DNA of 27,145 nucleotides from a virus (lineage: Duplodnaviria; Caudoviricetes). This document shows positions 18,001 through 23,680 of this stretch, in pieces. A model generated the notes under the pieces. It saw nothing but the letters and a program-made list of their open reading frames with translations, did no database searches and was not told where the DNA came from. Made by a program: the position numbers and the translations under genes. The stretch covers positions 1 through 27,145 of the IMG/VR virus record IMGVR_UViG_3300032280_000195; one strand, written 5' to 3'. Each line of letters starts with the position of its first letter. Position 1 is the first letter of the stretch.

Positions 18001-18300
18001 TTCGGTGGGGGTAAAGCGTGCGGCAGCTTTGGCTTGCGCGGCTTCGTACTGTTTTTGCGCCTCGGCTTCACTCTTAATGCCGAGTTTGCCTTTTAGCAGT
18101 TCGGCCTGCCCGCCCAAGCGGGTAAGGCCAGCAGAGAACGCAGCTGCACCGCCCGTGGTGTCTTGCTTGGGACCTGCTGCTACAGGCGGGGCAAACGCAT
18201 CGGGGTACATCTGCTTGGCTACGGCCAGCGCCTGCTCCTTGCTCTCGCCATCTTTGACCGGAAAGAAAGCACCATTGGGGAGTTGGATTTTGTCAGCCAT
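9013..18300 (-). CDS. Giant (3095 aa) polyvalent internal virion/ejection protein with zincin-like metallopeptidase and probable C-terminal LPD38-like domain
   Basis: Uninterrupted 9.3-kb ORF at the end of the virion module. N-terminal Gly/Ala hydrophobic segment, long E/K/A/Q coiled-coil middle, 'LVHEAVH...EEFVSE' zincin motif, C-terminal 'PFFNAQIQG...LPVPFEVG...PKPIIE' resembling LPD38. Confidence 0.8.
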   Translation of the reverse strand: MADKIQLPNGAFFPVKDGESKEQALAVAKQMYPDAFAPPVAAGPKQDTTGGAAAFSAGLTRLGGQAELLKGKLGIKSEAEAQKQYEAAQAKAAARFTPTEDSFAESPFLKFRELLGGSLPSMALPAAAGLAALAAPVSVPVAAGLGLLGAGAVSAGQFTASNLGAQVDTGKTLEEASLGKAAAAAVPQALIDTAAMALIPGIGKLFGSVGSKLTTEQAKAIANQTLGKTVLDYTAKTGVTAGREGVTEATQQVLERLQAGLNIADPEARKEYIDSFIGGAVLGGTLAPVGRAFERGSARSQAREAQRLETEAAAKVEAQRAEEAKQQLAAERTKPEYLTDLQTRYDALVKQEKTLEEKTKIKPEGTDPAAKQFAAEQKKLAVQELKDFRASPEYESLVQERVEATPLLRKIEAEKKATEAVFGKEPAYAAEDTSDIEQAAQLKTRIDDLKKKQAGLPPVQQQPFQNQINALEDTLEKLVPDAGVYSAAEKQLKTAVQQLQQQLVDAATTEQEQAIIARMDRTEAALQNLQQFKPFVKTVTQMPSVSDLRDKMDVAKANGDVDAIRRLTPQLAEAEKQTTLDFNTDDYERLADLRMAIKALNARLRETTDPEKRAELTQGIATAEQKLNRIRSVPSGPALADEIATAREEAKLRSQTVAKETEALFRMGDKGLTDFEVGLRKARLDEAREIMRQASKPASERLKFAQPYRVQPGGKLNQTTRASLLVQENEQDWASFDKEAKENAFRVGDREKLRTQLKDKLKELEAEYEKFSAYGPSKALELVNTETDAIQKALAQVERKLKIGRDKAVREADIDTQITQASDARVAELIDRLLPYATGEKPRTADEAKAKQAREKKQELGQASLFDVEAQKELATSVPTGEREGRRVQFDEEGFKVKDTSTPAPAKPAAQKSGAAPIEQAADLVDRAKELRARSKEYSAAIQKAGRPTDPEKLARLNDLKDLRDSTQTELEAVQTQYAGLVERQTPAYEAEDTAPGTADLFGGLEEARGKANRIQRELDALYQERDDIRAGMERRSQVGATPQLQALADKFSKETPRLKQVEDEIEKTEARLQEASGRRSDRFDEFAQARERERVEQEDSRTRTLPGFERRAGLRPVDPAKMQDAKQRLVALKNVEETLRKARASGDSDPTRYLRQVAAMKTEEYEAFLIQSNDPIVKTWPAQKTAVLSRRYPKRIDATARDLERAETQRKEINYFNNLVKGSKRKLAEDALQDNLQQQEKVRAEITDLERRQRAYEQQEAVRAGATPGTAEAERLIAGEGYRTSTGKTRTLPKKLASWGITKIDKKTATPVPVEKIALTSRMLGAYQKEVQAEADSQTTEKLSLEKRIASATKNIENMNAALKQVYPDSVATDVEAEIEKLLASGLEPAQLQQVENMQQTYAALKTTTAGNTVGEVLARLNAEREKLLSTTGRFTARRGSVFDDKEQKTVSFTVDEQLREIAALIRELEKEQSKKQDAWTTSFNALVKEKNSNALIASQELGFAELELASAKRKLNEMLAGTQKQIAATEKLPDSASKNAALAELATANERQSALLPIEPGEVSDITEMRLSDWARRYGFGAYNSLLNTYNKTAEELAQYQFAYKKARLEQLGLTRAYGDDIKNVIDNEVTKIQTLTPELEAKAKENAAITEQLKKANQALAKAKIAEREAAAKKPQDQLAAFKYTNEERAALARIREGLDLPGTRFESDTTSSLVVKTRKVVRDTLALRRAELEKAQAQNNVPEVQRLTPIIKQLESDYESVTQLGERVITPVGEGAEDRTAERVQPLAEPDTRLGRRKVGPVARVGTQPPSQMLSGTEESREAISKGNRPMQAGVVRLTAADMNRADANSVSLAVLKQKLDAATGDRKAELNAAFDAATDGMTDAQIKEKIKEGNDLIKVPGAAAVVAAKERYNAARAVFEKADADYKAAKTPAAKELAGDARDDAEQAKDRAFEMLRDAEANVAAGFTPNKSAKQQAEEAIEDNLRISAKPGTEEADAGLERAEQSGRRGIRDEGSFDVATVYSTSTQEESNPAVQEAINDGRFVEAIERLAVDSNNPLIRETANDIRRLLLRTKVVTVPDLMHDGQPVPALYSPSNNTVMIRPGEITDENLVHEAVHAVTLQVMRAPDSNLTPQQRNAKREITAIFKQLEKRRDLATQYGISDVEEFVSEMQSNREFRAAVDQQPWYKRFWHALTRLWSNQPIAKISDQTSALIKQIYTPSNTLSVGKQSVPSVFRREAPPTSAIVGYEPNKLDTLRGNLFGLSGRVQYIDRLAAADEGIVKAEGAGKLSSTEAFNAQYFMRMSDKVTQAAGQFITDGPVRIVADKVGTATEYRYESVAGANLVKMSTAIERGAKAGGMNPQEAETMLTVLIAGQRANAVANGWERLQAKDPAGAKAEYTAYVNKMNANPEVKAAMEEAMREYKTYNEGLLNLAAQTGYLSKDEVRRLNKQPYVPFYRVEEGNVKLFVLGERPITIGNLKDNPDLKQFLGDEQKIQPILTSAVQNTFMLTRMAMHNKATMETTNAMYKAGFVSKMGKGAGLANPDTVHYKVDGEDYFAVIDSDTFGIPAELIVRGMEGIKTTIPSIVKMLGIPADILRTFITRSPAYVVRQLVREPVNAFIVSGVDGVPIANALRELAKMQTGINPAERELMRGLVVSSNIYTGGEADMQKFLNSVSSGRGGWDKFLGKLDTLALQADAATRTTIYNDSLNKGFSKAKAQFRTMESANFGRRGLSPSMQVMSTLVPFFNAQIQGLDVLYRSFKGDMPFSEQLEIQRKIVARGSLLFAGSLAYAFMMQDDDDYKKAKPEERYSNFFVNIPFVKDPLKLPVPFEVGLLFMGLPQAMVDVAMGNATGKEAAKAIGKLILNSAPGVVPAAPKPIIEAFYGETAFGPIESAREKLLEAGARFRPGTTELAKTLGSVTGEVGISPLLIEHFVRGYTGGLGVALMSTLNPLLRSEAEGEKMPVGASRQPFIGGLFQPSEGRFLIERAYERMDDVIQAQQTYKDLVNRGQKDRAVAYAKENASLIVGAPMAGAFRQRMGELFDMERKIVANPRLSGEEKEAKVQQLKDLQNKTALNFYAATDRTTPR

Positions 18301-18319
18301 AGCAGTTCTCGAATTGTGA

Positions 18320-18338
18320 TCGGGGAGCGCGACCCCGA
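18320..18338 (-). promoter_or_regulatory. GC-rich hairpin in the leader of the giant gene
   Basis: TCGGGG/CCCCGA 6-bp stem with 7-nt loop, 19 nt upstream of the ATG; no U-tract. Confidence 0.35.
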
Positions 18339-18369
18339 ATGTTTAAGCGCCTGCCTATTATGGCAAAGA

Positions 18370-19938
18370 TCAGCGAGGCAGCATAGCCCCAAACTGTCCT
18401 GCGTAAGCCCCCATCGACATGGGCGGGGTCAGACCTTCTTTACCGGCAAAAGCCTTAAGGTAGTCTGCGTACGACGTGCGCACATCAAACTTGTCGCCTT
18501 TGGCAACCTTGAACTCTTCCAGCGCTTTGACAGCATCGTTATTGTTCTTTTTCAACAACTGATCGAACAAAATACGATCAGGCGTGTTGAGTGTTGCCGC
18601 AACCTGTCCGGCCGAACGCTTGTTCTGTTGCTCTTGCTCGTACACCGTTTTGGTCATGTCCACGGTCTTGTCGTAGATATTTTTAGCGCGGGCCTCGTTA
18701 ACGCCCGCAGCTTGGCGCACGCCGTCGATTGTGCGTTTCTGAACCGTAACCGCCACTTCGCGGTATTTACGCTCGGCATCGCGCAGGTCTTTAGCTGTAA
18801 CTTCTTCGCGGTTGAGTTTCATGTCGTCAAGACGGTCACGTGCCTCGCCCAAACGCTCTTGTGCGGAGCGAATCTTATCCAGACCTGCAGCAAACTGCGC
18901 TGTGCCGACTTGCGCACCTTTACCAATAGCTGATGCCAAACCGCCCGGAGTGGACATGATGGCCAGACCCGCGTTCAGAAAAGCCAAGCCTGTGTTAGTA
19001 CCCTTTTGCTTGCCGATGTCGGCTTCGCGTTCAGCCAAACGGCCCTCACGACCTTTGTATGCATCCTTGAAGCGCTCAGCATCTTGGGCAATTGCTTGTC
19101 TGTCTGCAGCAGCGTTTGCACGCTCTTGGGCTTCCAGTTGCAGTGAGGCTTCCGCCGCCGGGTCTTGGAAGTTTTGTTTACCCAAAATGTCTTGATACAG
19201 CGTGGCCAAATCCGCTTGGCCGGGGAGTTTGGCAGCGGCTTTGTCTGTGGGGGCTGGGCGCGGGGCTGCGGGCTTGGTATCGGCAGTGGGCGCTGCTTTA
19301 GGCGACAAGGGCGTTTTAAGAGACGCAATACTGGGCTGGCTACCCGACATGAGGCGGCGATCCATACCGCTAACGTCTGCCGGGCTGTATGTAGGTTCTA
19401 TGCGAGGAGCGGGGGCGGCCTGTGCGGGTGCCGCCGTGCGGCCGTATGGCCCTTGTAGCATTTGCGCTCTTTCGCGGTCGGCGTAGCTTGCTCTGCTTGC
19501 TTGCTCTTGCGCTTGCACAAATGCCTGAACGTCTGGGCTGTACTGCATCCGCGTGCCCATACCCATTTCTTGCGATTCTTGCTGATACTTGCTTTGAATA
19601 GCCCCGCCAACTTGATACCGCTCAACACCGCCACCGTCAGCAAACGCAATGATGCCGCCATCTGCAAAGTTCATGTCGCCTGCGGGGAGCTGGCCAATGC
19701 CTTGGTCTTCGGGCAACTGCTGCGGAGCCATCTGGGCGATTTCGCTATCAACAACTTTCGGTTGCTCTTGCATACCCTGCGCACCCTGACCAGCAGAGCG
19801 CATCTCTTTGCGGCGGTTGGACTCGGACATGGCCAACGCCATGATGTACGGGTCGTTCTTGTGCATCTGCGCGTATTGCTGCAGTTGCTGGTCTGGCAAC
19901 TTGGCCAGCGTGGAGGTAATTTTATTGACGTCGATCAT
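18370..19938 (-). CDS. Putative internal virion/ejection protein (522 aa)
   Basis: Position between the Q/G-rich protein and the giant protein; three tandem GG motifs 'FADGGIIAFADGGGVERYQVGGAI'; Pro/Ala linker; coiled coils; hydrophobic 'GLAFLNAGLAIM' segment. Confidence 0.65.
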   Translation of the reverse strand: MIDVNKITSTLAKLPDQQLQQYAQMHKNDPYIMALAMSESNRRKEMRSAGQGAQGMQEQPKVVDSEIAQMAPQQLPEDQGIGQLPAGDMNFADGGIIAFADGGGVERYQVGGAIQSKYQQESQEMGMGTRMQYSPDVQAFVQAQEQASRASYADRERAQMLQGPYGRTAAPAQAAPAPRIEPTYSPADVSGMDRRLMSGSQPSIASLKTPLSPKAAPTADTKPAAPRPAPTDKAAAKLPGQADLATLYQDILGKQNFQDPAAEASLQLEAQERANAAADRQAIAQDAERFKDAYKGREGRLAEREADIGKQKGTNTGLAFLNAGLAIMSTPGGLASAIGKGAQVGTAQFAAGLDKIRSAQERLGEARDRLDDMKLNREEVTAKDLRDAERKYREVAVTVQKRTIDGVRQAAGVNEARAKNIYDKTVDMTKTVYEQEQQNKRSAGQVAATLNTPDRILFDQLLKKNNNDAVKALEEFKVAKGDKFDVRTSYADYLKAFAGKEGLTPPMSMGAYAGQFGAMLPR

Positions 19939-19946
19939 GGCCTACC

Positions 19947-21869
19947 TCAGATTTTGGACAGGGCCAGCTCAGCCAAACCCGCCGATTTTTTCTTCACCAT
20001 ACCGCCCTTGGCCAACTTGCTTGCGCCATACAGCGCAGTGCCTGCGCCAACAAGCTGCTGTCCAATACCGGGCTGAGGTTGGTACATGGACTGTACCGTA
20101 CCCATTGGCGTGCCGCGCAGGATGTTGGACATGAACTCCAGCTGCTGATACGGATAGCGTTGCTGGGCTGCAAAGTTTTGGGCTTCGGCGTTGATGAGCG
20201 CCTGCTGCTGGGCCTGCTGCTGACCACCAAACTGGTTCTGCAAGCCGAGGATGTCTTTTTGTTGGCCGAACTGTTGGCCACCGAGCTGGCCCAACTGGCC
20301 TGCGCCGGTCATAGCTGCCTGCAAACCCTGAAGTCCCAGACCTGCACCGTACTGGCGTGACTGCTCGCCCAACTGCTGCGCAGCTTGACCATACTGAGCG
20401 CCCTGCGCTGCTTGCTGGGCTGCTTGACTGGATGCAAATTGGCGTGAGGCCTCTTGGGCTTGTTGCGCCGACATCCCATACTGCGCTTGCAACTGAGCGG
20501 CGGTCATGCCTTGGCCTGCGCCAAACTGGCGAGACTGCTCCCGCATACGCTGCGCTTCGAGGTTCTGCTGCTGATTAGCCAGCTGCGCTTGCATATTTTG
20601 CCCAGAGCCAAGCTGTTGGACGCCAAGGTTGGCCGCAAGGTTTTGTTGACCCGTAGTGAGCCCAGCTTGCTGGTTGGCCAAAGCCGCTTGCATTGCTTGC
20701 TGGGCATTCATGCCCATCGCTTGGTTCTGCGCGGCTTGGTTCTGCACGTTAGCTTGCTGCTGACTGGACAGGTTGGCCAGCGATGTCTGCAGCCCGATTT
20801 GCCCTGCGCCCAGCTGCTGCGTACCGATCTGCGAGGCAAGGTTTTGCTGCCCCACGGTGAGGCCTGCCTGTTGGTTGGCTTGCTGCGCCGCAAGGCGTGC
20901 TTGCTGCTCTGCGTTGAACTGCCCCTGTGCTTGTTGAAATGCGGCCTGCAGACCTGTGGCTTGGATGTCACCCTTTTGCTGCGCCAGATTACGGGCAGCT
21001 TCGGCCTCCATGATGGCTTGACGGCTGCCGCCAAACGCACCCGACTTAACCGCCGCAGCGCCGCGCTGAGTACCAGCAATGTCTGCTTGACGTTGTGCTT
21101 CGCGCTGTTGTATGCCCACAACACTTTGCATGTACGGCGACATGTACGCATCGGCCGAGCCGGGCTGTGCAAAAGATTGTGTTTCTACGCGCTCTGCGGG
21201 CCCCATTTGGAATGTCTGCAGCTGGGGGTTGTAGCCGGTTTGGGCAGCGCCCATCGTAGCTGCATCGTAGCCCTGCGAACGAACGTCGGCAGGAGCCTGC
21301 ATCTGGTAGTTCTGGAGGTCCTGCGCTTGCACGCGATCCGCACCAAACTGCCCTGACTGGTACTGGCCGGGCGCTTGGAATTGGTTTTGAAACTCACCAG
21401 ACTGGTAAGGGTCGAAGCCGTAGTATTGGTTTTGAAACTGGCCGGGGTTGTAGCCTGTATTCAACGCACGCTGCGACGCAGCCGCCATCAAGCCGCTGGC
21501 CATCCCCAATTGGGGAGAAGTCTGCAAGTTGCCTGCGCCTTCATAAGCCTTCGTCTGCAGTGGGTCCTGTCCGGCAACTACTTTGCTGGGGTCAAAACCT
21601 ACTTGCTTGCCCGACGCATCCTTGATGCCGCCAAAAGATTGGAATGGGTTTTTGTTGATGTCAGTCACAGCTTCAGTGAGGCCCAACTGTTTCTGCGCTG
21701 TAGGTTTGGCCCACTCAGGCAGGTCAACAACTTGGGTACTTGTACCGCCGCCACCCCCGCCACTACCCCCACCGCCGTAAATGATGCGCCCGCCTTCTTT
21801 GCGGGTAACAGCGTCGCCCAGCGACTCCCCAAACTCGTAAAGTTCGCGGCGTGAATAGCTCGTTTTCAT
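19947..21869 (-). CDS. Gln/Gly/Ala-rich putative ejection (pilot) protein, P22 gp7-like position (640 aa)
   Basis: Start at 21869 has a GAGG RBS and an ATGA overlap with the upstream gene. Short leader then poly-Gly; 'GAFGGSRQAI' motif; Q-rich internal repeats. Confidence 0.65.
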   Translation of the reverse strand: MKTSYSRRELYEFGESLGDAVTRKEGGRIIYGGGGSGGGGGGTSTQVVDLPEWAKPTAQKQLGLTEAVTDINKNPFQSFGGIKDASGKQVGFDPSKVVAGQDPLQTKAYEGAGNLQTSPQLGMASGLMAAASQRALNTGYNPGQFQNQYYGFDPYQSGEFQNQFQAPGQYQSGQFGADRVQAQDLQNYQMQAPADVRSQGYDAATMGAAQTGYNPQLQTFQMGPAERVETQSFAQPGSADAYMSPYMQSVVGIQQREAQRQADIAGTQRGAAAVKSGAFGGSRQAIMEAEAARNLAQQKGDIQATGLQAAFQQAQGQFNAEQQARLAAQQANQQAGLTVGQQNLASQIGTQQLGAGQIGLQTSLANLSSQQQANVQNQAAQNQAMGMNAQQAMQAALANQQAGLTTGQQNLAANLGVQQLGSGQNMQAQLANQQQNLEAQRMREQSRQFGAGQGMTAAQLQAQYGMSAQQAQEASRQFASSQAAQQAAQGAQYGQAAQQLGEQSRQYGAGLGLQGLQAAMTGAGQLGQLGGQQFGQQKDILGLQNQFGGQQQAQQQALINAEAQNFAAQQRYPYQQLEFMSNILRGTPMGTVQSMYQPQPGIGQQLVGAGTALYGASKLAKGGMVKKKSAGLAELALSKI

Positions 21870-22273
21870 AGCTTGACCCTCATTACTTGGTGGGTGTTTT
21901 CCAACCCCATTTTTTTGTACATATCGACCAGTGTGCCTTTGGCCCAGCACTGCGCTTTCGTTGCTCCGCAACGGCGCATGAAATCTTTGGCTTCGTCAAA
22001 AACGTGCTCCCGCACAACGCCTTTTCCCCCCATGAGGTGCACATGCGCAATACGCTCTAGCGGGTCGTCAATTATCTCAATTGTGCAAGCACCTGTAATA
22101 CCCTCTTCTGGCTCTTCCCACACCAGCAGATGTACGCGCCCTGTACGGATGCTGTACTCAATGAACTGCGGGTTGTAGGCCTCGGGGTCGAGGTCAATCG
22201 CTTTTTTCAACAGCGGAAACGCAATCGGCCAGATGGTTGGCAGAGTGCTAGGGTGTACGTGGTGCAACGGCAT
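21866..22273 (-). CDS. GNAT-fold acetyltransferase-like virion assembly protein (P22 gp14/T7 gp13-like position)
   Basis: 135 aa; 'AHVHLMGGKG', 'RRCGATKAQCWA...MYKKMGL' resembles GNAT motifs A and B; directly upstream of the ejection genes. Confidence 0.6.
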   Translation of the reverse strand: MPLHHVHPSTLPTIWPIAFPLLKKAIDLDPEAYNPQFIEYSIRTGRVHLLVWEEPEEGITGACTIEIIDDPLERIAHVHLMGGKGVVREHVFDEAKDFMRRCGATKAQCWAKGTLVDMYKKMGLENTHQVMRVKL

Positions 22274-22275
22274 GG

Positions 22276-23370
22276 TTACGCGGGGAGAAGTTTTTCAGCG
22301 CGACTATTCACGGCCACGCGGTCTTTGCCCGTGGTCCTGCCGCGAGCTTTTTGAACCCGGTCCATCATGGCGTACAGCTTGCGTGCGCCCGCTTCCGTGG
22401 AGCCATTGCCTAGTTCAGAAACGATACGAGCAGGCACAACGAACTCACCATCAGCAAGACGCGCTGGGCGCTTGTCCGCAATCGTTGCAGGAATGGAATC
22501 AGATACGCCATCGCCGGGACCTTTCAAAAGACGACCGCCATCGGAGTAGTCACCAAGGTGGGAAACACCCCCTGCGGCGTACATCTGGCCGTTGTTGGCC
22601 ATCATGGTGTCCATGCGGTTTTGGTAAGACATGTCTTCAACCGGGCCACCTGCTGCCATGGTTGTGATCGGAGCCAACGAAGGCGGCATCATGTCCCGCG
22701 CTCTGGTGCCGGGAGCTACGCGAGTGTAGGTTTGTTTGTTGGGGTCGTAGTCGTATTCGTATGGGTTCGGGCCCCCACCGTCATAAGGCTTTGCCGCATC
22801 GGGCTGCAGCGTGGGGCTCAGTGCAGCCAGACCGTACTTGGCGGCTTGCATACCACCACCCATGCCAGAAAGGGCAGCGGATCGGCCTGCTTCGGTGCCA
22901 AGACCTTGAATGCCTGCGCCCAAAGCACTTGTGCCGCTTGCCGCGCCGGGCATAGGCCCCACAAAACTGGGGTTTGCGGCAGACGCCGCTTGACTAGCAG
23001 CCGCATTGCCAGCGCCCATCAACCCGCCAGTCAGACCAGCGCCGCCGTACGCGCCAAGACCTGCCATCAGACCTTTTTCCAAACTGCCGGTGCGAATCGT
23101 TTCTGCACCACCTAACCCCAAGCCGATCATCCAAGGGGCGGCAGCGCCGCCTGTGGCCGCAGTAATGCCAGCGCCAATAATCATGGGCAGCATCCGCTTG
23201 AGGAAGTTGGCTTCGGGTAAACCCGTATCTGGGTTGAGCGTCAGGGTGCCGCCTGCGGCTTTGGCAAGCGCCTGTAGGCCCGAGACTTCTTCTGGGGCCA
23301 TATGCACCAACATGGAGTCGCCTTTGCGCCCACGACTGGCAAGGTGTTGTGCAGCAAGTTCTAGGCTCAT
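22276..23370 (-). CDS. Putative virion protein with two small conserved domains flanking a Gly/Ala-rich hydrophobic region
   Basis: N-terminal 'GRKGDSMLVHMAPEE...NPDTGLPE'; C-terminal 'GGRLLKGPGDGVSDSIPA...RLADGEFVVPA', a pattern familiar from tape-measure proteins; three GG motifs. Confidence 0.65.
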   Translation of the reverse strand: MSLELAAQHLASRGRKGDSMLVHMAPEEVSGLQALAKAAGGTLTLNPDTGLPEANFLKRMLPMIIGAGITAATGGAAAPWMIGLGLGGAETIRTGSLEKGLMAGLGAYGGAGLTGGLMGAGNAAASQAASAANPSFVGPMPGAASGTSALGAGIQGLGTEAGRSAALSGMGGGMQAAKYGLAALSPTLQPDAAKPYDGGGPNPYEYDYDPNKQTYTRVAPGTRARDMMPPSLAPITTMAAGGPVEDMSYQNRMDTMMANNGQMYAAGGVSHLGDYSDGGRLLKGPGDGVSDSIPATIADKRPARLADGEFVVPARIVSELGNGSTEAGARKLYAMMDRVQKARGRTTGKDRVAVNSRAEKLLPA

Positions 23371-23678
23371 GTCTTTACTTTCAGTACGTTGCCAGCGGTG
23401 GTATCGTAGTAGATGTCCCCTACCCGAAGGTTACCCAAATCGGCCTGCGTTGGCAAGCTAACTGTGAAGGTGTTTGGGACTGCCGGGTCGGGTTGGATAA
23501 AACTCAAACCCGCCACAATAGTGCCGTTTACCCTTTGCGTTGATGCTGTCATAGGGCCAGCGTTATCCAATTGGTTGAAGTACAACCGCAGAACACTCAG
23601 CACTTGGTTCATAAACTGTGCGTTGTATTCTACCGGAGCAACCGGTAGCAGTGGGGCGCGGACATTTTTCTGGCTCAT
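23367..23678 (-). CDS. Small tail needle/plug-like protein
   Basis: Directly follows the gp10-like gene; N-terminal helix 'EYNAQFMNQVLSVLRLYFNQLD' and a C-terminal fibre-like 'VGDIYYDTTAGNVLKV'. Confidence 0.45.
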   Translation of the reverse strand: MSQKNVRAPLLPVAPVEYNAQFMNQVLSVLRLYFNQLDNAGPMTASTQRVNGTIVAGLSFIQPDPAVPNTFTVSLPTQADLGNLRVGDIYYDTTAGNVLKVKT

Positions 23679-23680
23679 TT

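Noticed and set aside
21744-21778. G-rich tract as a possible G-quadruplex
   Set aside because: Fully explained by poly-Gly codons.
21870-21971. Longer start for the Q/G-rich protein
   Set aside because: Overlaps the GNAT-like gene; the start at 21869 has an RBS and ATGA coupling.
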